Shown: positions 7,370 to 15,945 of the stretch, in pieces
Layout: every line of letters begins with the position of its first letter
Position numbering within the stretch: the stretch's first letter is position 1
Origin: a virus
Length of the DNA stretch: 36,443 nt
Strand: one strand, 5' to 3'
Virus record (IMG/VR): IMGVR_UViG_3300045988_129709
The notes under the pieces: model-generated
The model's database searches: none
Told to the model about the DNA's origin: nothing
Seen by the model: only the letters and a program-made list of their open reading frames with translations
Position numbers and translations under genes: made by a program

Positions 7370-7705
7370 CTATAGAGTGTATTGATTCCGACTCAAAATG
7401 GCTGATTTTAGTTTCTCAAAAGGAATTAATACAAAATAAGACCACTTTTTAGCCCTATATTCTTGTTTATTAATTAAGATTTTATCAGTACAGTTAATTG
7501 AGTATGTTGCATCTTGATAATAATGACCTAATTCTTCTGATAAAGTTTCTTTTTCTATATATGAGTTATCTATATTTGTATAATTTAATGCAATAGCATT
7601 TATTTTATCTATATTTATAAAACAACCATACGCATCTTCTATATAATAATCATAAATTTTAATATGTTCTTTTTCAGCTAAATCATATAAATTATTTAGA
7701 TTCAT
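7370..7705 (-). CDS. ImmA/IrrE (DUF955)-like metallopeptidase homologue with non-canonical motif EELGH in place of HExxH
   Basis: Layout ...GCFINIDKINAIALNYTNIDN..ETLSEELGHYYQD parallels the ImmA core. It lies downstream of the CI-like repressor and upstream of int, as in ICEBs1-type immR-immA-int modules. Confidence 0.45.
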   Translation of the reverse strand: MNLNNLYDLAEKEHIKIYDYYIEDAYGCFINIDKINAIALNYTNIDNSYIEKETLSEELGHYYQDATYSINCTDKILINKQEYRAKKWSYFVLIPFEKLKSAILSRNQYTL

Positions 7706-7716
7706 ATTCCCTCCAA

Positions 7717-8196
7717 TTAAATACTATTTATAAAAGTATTATAGTAAGATTTGCATAAGTCAATATTAGATTTTGACATTTCGTTCAAATATGATTGAAA
7801 CTCAAAATATAAATTATTAATTCTATTTTCTTTGCCTCTTTTTGTTTTTAATTTTTTTAATTTAATATCTAAACTTTCCCAAGCTCTATCTATCATTAAA
7901 TTTGTTTCTCTTTCTTTGTTCTGCATTAAATAAACAAGAGTAGAGGAAGGAGTTCTACCTTTAAATTTTAAAAATCTTTCTAAATTAGAAAGATTCTTTG
8001 TTTCATGCAATAAAATAGAATATCTTTCAAAGAAAATTTTAGGATTTGCAGTAGTATTAACTATTTTTGTTGATTCATTGCAATGTTTTAAAAATTGATT
8101 GGCATAAAATTCAGCCTCTTTCTTGTTTGAAATTTTTATGATAGTACCATCTATATTAATATTAGTAGTTTTATTAAAAAAATCTATTAATCTCAT
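7717..8196 (-). CDS. Hypothetical 159-aa protein inserted between repressor and ImmA-like gene
   Basis: ORF with no recognisable motif. Its position in the lysogeny operon suggests a lysogen-expressed function. Confidence 0.45.
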   Translation of the reverse strand: MRLIDFFNKTTNINIDGTIIKISNKKEAEFYANQFLKHCNESTKIVNTTANPKIFFERYSILLHETKNLSNLERFLKFKGRTPSSTLVYLMQNKERETNLMIDRAWESLDIKLKKLKTKRGKENRINNLYFEFQSYLNEMSKSNIDLCKSYYNTFINSI

Positions 8197-8197
8197 A

Positions 8198-8545
8198 TTA
8201 TTTATTATCCTTTTTATTGTCTTTTAAGACCACTTCAAGCAATCCTTTAATTTGTTGTTTTTGTGTTTCAGTAGGAGGGGTATAATCTTTCATACTAAAT
8301 CCTATTTTGGCTAAACCTAGAGGATCAGATTCTTTGGGTTTTCTTTCATCTGACTTACCTAATAGGAAATCTACACTACAGTCAAGTATCTCTGATAATT
8401 TACTTAAAATATCTATTGAAGGCATATTTTTATTATTTTCGTAATTAGCAATATTTGAACGTGATGTATCAATTTTTTTTGCAAGTTCTTCTTGAGTTAG
8501 ATTGCAATCTTGTCTAATTTTTTTTAAATTATCTCCAAAACTCAT
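8198..8545 (-). CDS. CI-like XRE-family repressor (HTH N-terminus)
   Basis: LTQEELAKKIDTSRSNIANYENNKNMPSIDILSKLSEIL is an HTH_3 motif. It is divergent from the cro-like gene. Confidence 0.8.
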   Translation of the reverse strand: MSFGDNLKKIRQDCNLTQEELAKKIDTSRSNIANYENNKNMPSIDILSKLSEILDCSVDFLLGKSDERKPKESDPLGLAKIGFSMKDYTPPTETQKQQIKGLLEVVLKDNKKDNK

Positions 8546-8582
8546 AAAAGCACTCCTTTCTAAGAAAATTATAACATTTCAT

Positions 8583-8680
8583 TGTCAGTTTTGCAAACAT
8601 TTTTTAAAAAAAATAAAAAAAATTTTAAAAAAGTATTGACAGCCAAACAAACATTATATATAATGTCAGCAGAACAAACA
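8583..8680. promoter_or_regulatory. Divergent early promoter/operator region: consensus promoter TTGACA-17-TATAAT (approx 8636-8664) for cro direction, with three operator repeats TGTCAGC-N3-AACAAAC-like (approx 8583-8599, 8636-8653, 8664-8680)
   Basis: Read directly. A fourth repeat lies at approx 8889-8905 overlapping the cro stop. Confidence 0.6.
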
Positions 8681-8697
8681 GAAAGGAGGGCGAAAAC

Positions 8698-8898
8698 ATG
8701 AGAAAGAAACTTATAGAAATTAGAAAGAAAAAAGGCTATACCCAAGAGCAAATGGCAGAAAGGCTAAATGTTGCCAGAACAACATATACAGGGTATGAAA
8801 AAGGAAATATATCACCATCATTAGAAACAGCTTTAAAAATAAAGAAGATATTAAACTATAAAAAAGATGATATTTTTTTAACTTCTAATGTCAGCTAA
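8698..8898 (+). CDS. Cro-like XRE-family HTH regulator
   Basis: KKGYTQEQMAERLNVARTTYTGYEKG is an HTH motif. It is the first gene of the rightward early operon. Confidence 0.7.
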   Translation: MRKKLIEIRKKKGYTQEQMAERLNVARTTYTGYEKGNISPSLETALKIKKILNYKKDDIFLTSNVS

Positions 8899-8905
8899 AC
8901 AAACT
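8889..8905. promoter_or_regulatory. Fourth operator repeat TGTCAGCTAAACAAACT
   Basis: Matches the consensus of the three sites in the divergent promoter region. Confidence 0.45.
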
Positions 8906-8942
8906 AAAGCACAATAAATAAAAACAAAAGGAGACGAGAAAA

Positions 8943-9149
8943 ATGCCAGCAACAAAATTACAAGAACGAGCGAGAGTCAAATATGTAACACCAAAACAAT
9001 TCATGGAACAATACAGTTTAAGCAAATCACAAGCATATAAAATATTAGCCAGACCAGAAATGCAAGAAGCAAAAATAAAAGTTGGAGAGAAGCTAATAAG
9101 GATAAATTTAGATAGAGCATTTGAAATTATGCAACAAATATATAGTTAG
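8943..9149 (+). CDS. Excisionase-like HTH DNA-binding protein
   Basis: VTPKQFMEQYSLSKSQAYKILARPEM...IKVGEKLIRINLDRAFEIM resembles excisionase-family HTH_17 proteins. Confidence 0.5.
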   Translation: MPATKLQERARVKYVTPKQFMEQYSLSKSQAYKILARPEMQEAKIKVGEKLIRINLDRAFEIMQQIYS

Positions 9150-9165
9150 AAAGAAGGTGAAACAA

Positions 9166-9291
9166 ATGAAAAGAAAACTAAACAAAAACAAACTATATCA
9201 ACTTATAGGACAAGCAGTAGTATATAGCAGTTTATACATAGCAACAGTAGCGTTTTCAGTATGGGCATTTTGCCAAAACAGTATTTATTAG
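9166..9291 (+). CDS. 41-aa single-TM membrane peptide (MKRKLNKNKLYQLIGQAVVYSSLYIATVAFSVWAFCQNSIY)
   Basis: RBS GAAGGTGA followed by ATG. A hydrophobic core. Coordinates approximate. Confidence 0.35.
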   Translation: MKRKLNKNKLYQLIGQAVVYSSLYIATVAFSVWAFCQNSIY

Positions 9292-9307
9292 AAAGGAGGA
9301 AAGAGAG

Positions 9308-9562
9308 ATGTTAACTAAAAAAGATAGAAAGATATTAAATCAAAAATCAATGATACATAACAGAGATATCTTAATAAAAGATATGGAAGGACAAGCAAAG
9401 GTATTACATGAAGAAAATAAAGATTTAAGATTCGAAAATGAAGAGCAAAGGGACTTGATAAGCAGAATTGAAAGACTAGTAAATTCAAATAAATACAACA
9501 ATGAAAAAGCCGTTTTAAGCAAAATAAAAGAACTAGTTAGCGACTACCAATCAATAAACTAG
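9308..9562 (+). CDS. Hypothetical coiled-coil protein
   Basis: ORF with RBS. Confidence 0.45.
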   Translation: MLTKKDRKILNQKSMIHNRDILIKDMEGQAKVLHEENKDLRFENEEQRDLISRIERLVNSNKYNNEKAVLSKIKELVSDYQSIN

Positions 9563-9731
9563 TTCAAATATAAATACATAAATAAATTCATATTTACTTA
9601 TATTTTAGCACGAAAAAGTAAATATGTCAAAGGAGAATTATGGAAGATTACATAGAAAACGATGAAGAAGGAAATATATTCGAATTAATAGCAGAAGAAT
9701 GCTATTACGATGATTTAAGGGAGGAAAGATA

Positions 9732-10583
9732 ATGCAAGAATTAATTAAAAAGCCACAATTTGAAGGCGAGATAAAAGCACAAATTAAAAGTGTTGGAGAA
9801 ATAGAATCTAATATGAAAGAAGTAAAAGGATATGTTGAAAATCTTAATAATTACTATAAAAATATATCTTTTACAGAAGAAACAATGAAAGAGGCTAAAG
9901 ATGAAAAATCTAAAGTAAATAAATTTAAAAAACAAGTTTCTGATTATAGGGAAAATATTATTGCAGAATACAACAAACCAATAAAGGCATTTGAAGATAC
10001 AGCAAAAGAAACAGAAAAACTTTTAACAGAAACATACAACACTATAAATCAACAAGTTGCTAATTATGAAAACAAACAAAAAGAAATAAAAGAACAAGAA
10101 ATAAAAGATTACTTTGAAGAATATAGAAAAGCCAATAACATTGATTTTATTACATATGAACAAACAAAAATAAATGTAACATTGTCAGCGAGTATGAAAA
10201 GTTTGAAAGAACAAGCTAAAAGTTTTATAGACAAAATAACAGATGATTTAAAACTAATTGAAACACAAGAGCATAAAGCAGAGATATTAGTTGAATACAA
10301 ACAAACATTAAATGTAAGTAATGCAATAACAAGTGTGACAAATAGATTTAAGGCTATTGAAGAAGAAAAGAAAAAAATAGAACAAGAAAAAGAACTTCAA
10401 AAATTTGTTGTGGATACTGCAAAAGAGTCAGACAAGTATAGTGAACAAATAATATTAAATTCACCATCCGTAGAAGAAAAAATAGAAGGAATTTTAACTT
10501 TAAAATTTACAGTAAGGGGAACAAGAACAAAATTAAGAGAATTAAAACAATTTTTAGAAAGTGGAGGTTACGATTATGAGTAA
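9732..10583 (+). CDS. DUF1351-like phage protein (commonly precedes RecT)
   Basis: A 283-aa Lys/Glu-rich helical protein positioned directly upstream of the annealing-protein gene and the MBL-fold gene. Family assignment from memory of the module architecture. Confidence 0.45.
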   Translation: MQELIKKPQFEGEIKAQIKSVGEIESNMKEVKGYVENLNNYYKNISFTEETMKEAKDEKSKVNKFKKQVSDYRENIIAEYNKPIKAFEDTAKETEKLLTETYNTINQQVANYENKQKEIKEQEIKDYFEEYRKANNIDFITYEQTKINVTLSASMKSLKEQAKSFIDKITDDLKLIETQEHKAEILVEYKQTLNVSNAITSVTNRFKAIEEEKKKIEQEKELQKFVVDTAKESDKYSEQIILNSPSVEEKIEGILTLKFTVRGTRTKLRELKQFLESGGYDYE

Positions 10584-11259
10584 TGAAGTACAAAAAAATA
10601 ATGAATTAATGGTCAAATTTGATATTGACGGAAATGAAATAAAATTAACACCAAGTATAGTGCAAGAGTATATAGTAGGAACAGATGCAAAAATAACAAA
10701 TCAAGAATTTAAATTATTTACAGAACTTTGTAAAGTTAGAAAATTAAATCCATTTTTAAGGGAAGCATATTTAATTAAATATAAAGCAGGTACTCCAGCA
10801 CAATTAGTCGTAGGAAAAGATGCAATATTAAAAAGAGCAGTTTTAAATCCCAACTACGATGGAATCGAAAGTGGAATTATAGTTCAAAAAGAAGATGGAA
10901 CAGTAGAAGAAAGACAAGGAACATTTAGATTAGGAACTGAACAACTTGTAGGTGGTTGGGCTAGAGTATTTAGAAAAGACTGGTCACACCCTACATATTC
11001 AAGTGTAAGTTTTAATGAAGTAGCACAAAAAACTGGACAAGGACAATTAAATTCAAATTGGAATAATAAAGGTGCAACAATGGTTGAAAAAGTTGCAAAA
11101 GTAAGAGCATTAAGAGAAACATTTGTCGAAGATTTAGCAGGAATGTATGAAGCAGAAGAAATGCAACAAGAGATTCCACAACAAGAACCTATTGAAGTAC
11201 AAGCAGAAATAGAAGAACAAACAGAAAACACAAAAGAGGTATCAATGAATGAACTATAA
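10576..11259 (+). CDS. Putative RecT/Bet-type single-strand annealing protein
   Basis: Its position in the DUF1351-SSAP-MBL module and an acidic Q/E-rich C-terminal tail. The ATG at 10576 follows a GGAGG RBS. Confidence 0.45.
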   Translation: MSNEVQKNNELMVKFDIDGNEIKLTPSIVQEYIVGTDAKITNQEFKLFTELCKVRKLNPFLREAYLIKYKAGTPAQLVVGKDAILKRAVLNPNYDGIESGIIVQKEDGTVEERQGTFRLGTEQLVGGWARVFRKDWSHPTYSSVSFNEVAQKTGQGQLNSNWNNKGATMVEKVAKVRALRETFVEDLAGMYEAEEMQQEIPQQEPIEVQAEIEEQTENTKEVSMNEL

Positions 11260-11884
11260 AATTATATCAAGTTGTAGTACAGGAAATGCAACAATAATAA
11301 AAGACATAATTTTGATAGATTGTGGGGTTACTTTTAAAAGACTAGAGAAGTATTATAAAAAACTAAAAATAGTACTTCTCACACATATACATTCAGACCA
11401 CTTTAAAAAAGAAACAATTAAGAAATTAGCACAAGAAAGACCAACATTAAGATTTGCTTGTTGTGAATGGTTATTAAATCCACTTTTAGAATGTGGAGTT
11501 GAAAGAAAAAATATAGATGTACTTCAAATTGGTACGAAATACAATTATAAGCTATTTAAAATTGTACCAATCAAATTATATCATGATGTATCACAATGTG
11601 GTTATAGAGTACTATTTGACGATTATAAAGCAATCTATATGACAGACACAAAAACAGTTGAAGGAATAAGTGCTAAAAATTATGATTTATATCTTGTTGA
11701 AGGCAATTACGACGAAGATGAAATAGAAGAAAGAATAAAAGAAAAACAACAAGAATGTAAATATGTATATGAATTTAGAGCAAAAGACAGCCATTTAAGT
11801 AAACAACAAGCAAGTGAATTTTTATTAAATAACATGGGAGAAAATTCAGAATATGTTTTAATGCATCAACATGTAGAAAGGTAA
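11249..11884 (+). CDS. Metallo-beta-lactamase-fold hydrolase
   Basis: LLTHIHSDH is the HxHxDH motif. Confidence 0.7.
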   Translation: MNYKIISSCSTGNATIIKDIILIDCGVTFKRLEKYYKKLKIVLLTHIHSDHFKKETIKKLAQERPTLRFACCEWLLNPLLECGVERKNIDVLQIGTKYNYKLFKIVPIKLYHDVSQCGYRVLFDDYKAIYMTDTKTVEGISAKNYDLYLVEGNYDEDEIEERIKEKQQECKYVYEFRAKDSHLSKQQASEFLLNNMGENSEYVLMHQHVER

Positions 11885-11890
11885 TAAAAT

Positions 11891-12355
11891 ATGGAGTTTG
11901 AAAAATTATATATGTTTAATCCTTTTACAATTCAAAATGCAGATAGTAAGCAAATATCAGATACATATACAAAGTTACAAAATGAATTAAAAGACAATTC
12001 AGACACAGGATTTGAGATATCAAAAAACATAGAAATATATGCAAATATGAATTATTTGATAGGGGAAATGATAGCAAGAATACAACAGGAATATGACATG
12101 TTAAAAACAGATATTTCTATATCAGAAAATAAACAAGTATATATGCAAAGGAAACAGTGGCAAGAAACTAATAAAGAAAAAGCACCAGCAATGAGTTATT
12201 TTGAAGCTATGGCAAAGGAATATGTAAAAGAAGATAGCAAGAAATTAGCAGAATTAGGAGCTAGACTGTTTAGATTCAAGAAGGCATATGAGAGTATAGA
12301 CAGCAAACAAAATGCCTTGAAAAAGAAAATAGAGGCGATTAGATATGAAATCTAA
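11891..12355 (+). CDS. Hypothetical protein
   Basis: ORF. Confidence 0.45.
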   Translation: MEFEKLYMFNPFTIQNADSKQISDTYTKLQNELKDNSDTGFEISKNIEIYANMNYLIGEMIARIQQEYDMLKTDISISENKQVYMQRKQWQETNKEKAPAMSYFEAMAKEYVKEDSKKLAELGARLFRFKKAYESIDSKQNALKKKIEAIRYEI

Positions 12356-12654
12356 AAGAAGTAAAGCTTGTGAAATATCACAGAAAGTTAAAGAAATAGT
12401 ATGGAACAGAGATAACCATAAATGTATTTTTTGTGAAAGATATGTTCCAAAAACTTGTGCAAATGCACATTTTATAAAAAGGTCGCAGCGGTGGATTAGG
12501 CATAGAAGAAAATATAGTTACATTATGTCCAGAATGCCATTATCAAGAAGATTTTGGACAAGATACTAAATTATACGAAGATTACATAGAAAACTATTTA
12601 AAAGGCATTTATGGAACAAATTGGAACAAAGAAAAATTGATTTATAAAAAATAT
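12345..12654 (+). pseudogene. HNH endonuclease gene disrupted by a 1-nt insertion at approx 12489 (N-part 12345..12569, C-part continues in +1 frame to approx 12654)
   Basis: Frame A reads ...CIFCE...CANAHFIKRSQ. Frame B reads GGLGIEENIVTLCPECHYQ... Together these make a complete HNH motif, H-x-I-x-RS-x-GG...N-x-V-x-LC-x-x-CH. Confidence 0.55.
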
Positions 12655-12669
12655 TAGGAGGTAAAGAAA

Positions 12670-12900
12670 ATGAAAAAAGTTATAGGGATTTTAATAGCAA
12701 TTATAGGAATTATATTAGGAATATATGTTGGAATATGGTTAATGCTTGCAGGAGGAATAACACAAATAGTTAATTCGATAAATCCGATAAATGGATTAGG
12801 AATAGCATTAGGAATATTAAGAATAATTTTTTGTGAAGTAGGAGGATTTATTGCTTGGTTAGGAATAGGAATAGGTTCAGCAATTGGATTAAGTGATTAA
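12670..12900 (+). CDS. Small two-TM membrane protein rich in GxxxG motifs (holin-like topology)
   Basis: The sequence MKKVIGILIAIIGIILGIYVGIWLMLAGG...GLGIALGILRIIFCEVGGFIAWLGIGIGSAIGLSD. Strong RBS AGGAGG. Confidence 0.5.
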   Translation: MKKVIGILIAIIGIILGIYVGIWLMLAGGITQIVNSINPINGLGIALGILRIIFCEVGGFIAWLGIGIGSAIGLSD

Positions 12901-12943
12901 AAAATAGACAACAGGGGCAGACATAACAAAGTTTGCCCTTATA

Positions 12944-13645
12944 TTGTACAAAAGGAGGACAAACAATGTGGCAAAGGATAGTTTTATATTATATCTAGAC
13001 CAAAAAGAAATATTTGGAATGCTAGAAGATGAAGAAGCAGGACAACTTATAAAAGCAATATTTGAATACGAAGAAGCAGGGCAAATGCCAAAGTTAGATA
13101 AATCTTTAAGAATAGCATTCATACCAATAAAAAATGCTCTAGATAGAAATAAAGAAAAATATCAAAAAGTAGTAGAAAGAAATAAGCAGAACATTGAAAA
13201 AAGATGGAATAAAGAAAATACCAAAAATACCACTGGTAAAAATGGTATACGAAAAAATACCAAAAATACCGATAATGATAATGAACATGATAATGATAAT
13301 GATAGTGATAATGAACATGATAGTGTAAATGATAATGACAATATAGTAAGCGACAGTTGTGTTGACGGCTTACAAAAAATTATTGATTTTTACAATGAAA
13401 ATATAGGACTTATTACTCCTTATGGGGTAGAAGTTTTAGAAGATTATTCTAAAGATATGCCAACAGACTTAATAATTTATGCAATGCAAATTAGTGTAGA
13501 AGCTAATAAAAGAACAATTAAGTACATAAAAGCTATATTAAATAATTGGCAAAAAGCAGGAATAAGAACATTAGTACAAGCAAAGGATGAAAACCACAAA
13601 AAGAAAAATGAAAGTAAAGAAATAGAGGAGTGGTTAAATGAATAA
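12944..13645 (+). CDS. Replisome organiser / DnaD-domain replication initiation protein (likely start GTG 12968); Asp/Asn-rich low-complexity linker
   Basis: The N-terminus FILYLDQKEIFGMLEDEEAGQLIKAIFEYEE resembles a phage replisome organiser N-domain. The C-terminus ...IIDFYNENIGLITPYGVEVLEDYSKDMPTDLIIYAMQISVEANKRTIKYIKAILNNWQKAGIRTLVQAKDE is DnaD/DnaB_2-like. Confidence 0.6.
   Translation: MYKRRTNNVAKDSFILYLDQKEIFGMLEDEEAGQLIKAIFEYEEAGQMPKLDKSLRIAFIPIKNALDRNKEKYQKVVERNKQNIEKRWNKENTKNTTGKNGIRKNTKNTDNDNEHDNDNDSDNEHDSVNDNDNIVSDSCVDGLQKIIDFYNENIGLITPYGVEVLEDYSKDMPTDLIIYAMQISVEANKRTIKYIKAILNNWQKAGIRTLVQAKDENHKKKNESKEIEEWLNE
13214..13342. repeat. Iteron-like direct repeats inside the replisome-organiser gene: GAAAATACCAAAAATACC (x2) followed by tandem GATAATGATAATGAACAT-type 18-mers (about 4 units)
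   Basis: Read directly at approx 13214-13270 and 13271-13342. A candidate internal origin of replication. Confidence 0.4.
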
Positions 13646-13919
13646 ACAAGAGTTTTACAAAAATATACAAAAAATAGAAACAGCATACAATAAAAAGTTC
13701 AGTAAAGAAGAATTGATGTTGTGGTTTAAAGAATTTATGACAACAGAGACTAGCGAGTTTGAAAAAGCAGTTAATAAAACAATAAAAGAAATAAAATTCA
13801 CACCAAAAATAGCAGATGTAAGAGCAAGAATAACAGTAAATCCAAATGATTATTATACAAATGATCCATATGCTTATTTATACAAGAATTTAGAGTGGTG
13901 CGAATTAGTAAAGGAGTGA
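13638..13919 (+). CDS. Hypothetical protein
   Basis: ORF. Confidence 0.4.
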   Translation: MNKQEFYKNIQKIETAYNKKFSKEELMLWFKEFMTTETSEFEKAVNKTIKEIKFTPKIADVRARITVNPNDYYTNDPYAYLYKNLEWCELVKE

Positions 13920-13926
13920 TAAACAA

Positions 13927-14181
13927 ATGAAGACAACTCAAAAGGACAGAATTATAAATTATATACGACAGTTTGGAAGTATAACAAGTTGGGAAGCATA
14001 TCAAGATTTAGGAGTAATGCAGTTAGGAGCAAGAATTGATCAACTAAAAAAAGATGGATATGAATTTACAACAGAATGGGTACAAAAAAAGAATAGATTT
14101 GGAGAAGATGTAAGTTTTAAAAAATATTATTTATCGGATATGGTAGCTCAAAATATGAGTCGTATTCCAAGAATAGATTAG
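13927..14181 (+). CDS. Helix-turn-helix (HTH_39-like) small DNA-binding protein
   Basis: IINYIRQFGSITSWEAYQDLGVMQLGARIDQLKKDGYEF resembles a widespread phage HTH family. Confidence 0.45.
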   Translation: MKTTQKDRIINYIRQFGSITSWEAYQDLGVMQLGARIDQLKKDGYEFTTEWVQKKNRFGEDVSFKKYYLSDMVAQNMSRIPRID

Positions 14182-14189
14182 GAGGAATT

Positions 14190-15020
14190 ATGGATAAAAT
14201 AAATGTTAATTTATATGGAGGAAAAAGTATATTTGGTGGAAGAGAAACACCATTAGAAGCTGAAATGACATATTGCGATAAATATAAAAATTGTAGTTTC
14301 TATAAACAAGGAAAATGTTTTAGTGCAGGAAGGTGGCAACAGAACTGTAAATTTGGAAAAAAAGTTAGACAAAAAGGATATACAAGTAGAGCTCTAAAAT
14401 ACAACGATTTTAGAGATAAATACAGAAAAGATGAATGTTACAACAAGCTAGATGAACCAAATAATACAATTGGAAAAATAGAAGATACATTCGTAATAAA
14501 TGTTAGGTACTTACATGAAAAAGAAGGTGGAGGATATAAAATTGAAACAAATATATTTTCACACCCATTAATTTATATAAATGAAAATGACTTTAAAAAT
14601 GAATTAATATCATTAATTTGCGATGGAAAACCAAGGACATTTATGGATAATGCAGTTATAAAAGACTATCAGGAAAAAACTGTGCCTAGATTCTTATATG
14701 AATTAAAAACAGAGTTTACAGATATTTATAACAGATTTATAACGCAGTATCCTGAATATAGAGAAAAGCAATTAAATTTTATTGGAAGAACAGCTTATAT
14801 ATACTCTTTAAGAGATGGTATTGAATTAAAAAGCAATTATTCAGACGGAGCAAAGTTTGTTAAAGAAGGAGAATACTTAAAAAGCATAACTAACTATAAT
14901 GGTTCATTTATGCCATTTAATGCGAAAGAGGCGGATATAAGGCTTAAAATAGATAAAAAGATGAGTGTAAAAATAACAGACAACAGTATGGTAGATGAAA
15001 ATACAATCTTTAAAGATTAA
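14190..15020 (+). CDS. Hypothetical protein with Cys-rich N-terminus (CDKYKNCSFYKQGKCFSAGRWQQNC)
   Basis: ORF. Confidence 0.45.
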   Translation: MDKINVNLYGGKSIFGGRETPLEAEMTYCDKYKNCSFYKQGKCFSAGRWQQNCKFGKKVRQKGYTSRALKYNDFRDKYRKDECYNKLDEPNNTIGKIEDTFVINVRYLHEKEGGGYKIETNIFSHPLIYINENDFKNELISLICDGKPRTFMDNAVIKDYQEKTVPRFLYELKTEFTDIYNRFITQYPEYREKQLNFIGRTAYIYSLRDGIELKSNYSDGAKFVKEGEYLKSITNYNGSFMPFNAKEADIRLKIDKKMSVKITDNSMVDENTIFKD

Positions 15021-15101
15021 GGAGAGAGCTTGTGAAATATAATTATCCACCGTTAGAACGGTAAATGTGTAAAATGTAGAGGCTGTAACAGGCTTGAATT
15101 A

Positions 15102-15126
15102 GAAAACTTCAAACGGAGTTTGGAGA
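15102..15126 (+). promoter_or_regulatory. Hairpin motif GAAAACTTCAAACGGAGTTTGGAGA (copy 1) upstream of DUF1064 gene
   Basis: Near-identical 25-26-mer recurs at approx 16984-17009. It contains the stem AAACTTC/GGAGTTT. Confidence 0.4.
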
Positions 15127-15160
15127 TGTGAAAATTACATAGAAAAGGAGCTAAAGAAAA

Positions 15161-15490
15161 GTGAACAAATACAGAAATAAAAAAGTAATAGTAGACGGAG
15201 AAGAATTTGACAGTAAGAAAGAAGGAAATAGATATAAAGAATTAAGACTGTTAGAAAGAGCAGGAGAAATAAGCAACTTAGAACTACAACCAAGATTTTT
15301 ATTACAAGATAAATTTAAGAAAAACGGTAAAACTTACAGAAAGATAGAATATGTAGCGGACTTTAAGTACATAGAAAACGGTAAAAAAATAGTAGAAGAC
15401 GTAAAAGGAATACAGACAGATGTATTCAAATTAAAACATAAGATATTTGAAAAAGTTTACCCAGATTTGGAACTAAGAATAATTAAGTAG
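15161..15490 (+). CDS. DUF1064-family phage protein (putative nuclease-like/resolvase-like)
   Basis: MNKYRNKKVIVDGEEFDSKKEGNRYKEL...YVADFKY...EDVKG matches the DUF1064 pattern as recalled. Confidence 0.5.
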   Translation: MNKYRNKKVIVDGEEFDSKKEGNRYKELRLLERAGEISNLELQPRFLLQDKFKKNGKTYRKIEYVADFKYIENGKKIVEDVKGIQTDVFKLKHKIFEKVYPDLELRIIK

Positions 15491-15503
15491 GAGGAAAATT
15501 AAA

Positions 15504-15707
15504 TTGATTAATTGGAAAGAAGAATATAAAAAACTATACAAGTGTTTAATAGCAGTAACAATATTAATAATAACAGCTCTAGCAATGTTTATATTCACAT
15601 TTACAGGAGTAACAAAGAAATTACAAGATAAAGATAAAAAGTTAACAGAGCAAGCAATAGAAATAGTTGACCTAAAAGAAATTATAAATGAAAGGGGAGA
15701 AAAATAA
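15504..15707 (+). CDS. Small single-TM membrane protein with charged C-terminus
   Basis: LIAVTILIITALAMFIFTFTGV is a TM segment. TTG start after GGAGG. Confidence 0.4.
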   Translation: MINWKEEYKKLYKCLIAVTILIITALAMFIFTFTGVTKKLQDKDKKLTEQAIEIVDLKEIINERGEK

Positions 15708-15943
15708 TGAAGAATAAATTAGTTGATTTAAACAATCATTTATTTGAAGAACTAGAGAGGCTAAATGATGAAGAATTAAAAGGCGAAAAATTACAAGAAG
15801 AAAGAGAAAGAGCAAAATCAATAGCAAATATTGCTCAAACAATCATTAATAATGGGGAACTAGCACTAAAAGCAGTAAAACATTACGATGAATTTGGAAA
15901 CAAAAAAGATATACCAGAAATACTACAAATAGGAGATAAGTAA
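15707..15943 (+). CDS. Hypothetical protein
   Basis: ORF. Confidence 0.4.
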   Translation: MKNKLVDLNNHLFEELERLNDEELKGEKLQEERERAKSIANIAQTIINNGELALKAVKHYDEFGNKKDIPEILQIGDK

Positions 15944-15945
15944 TA

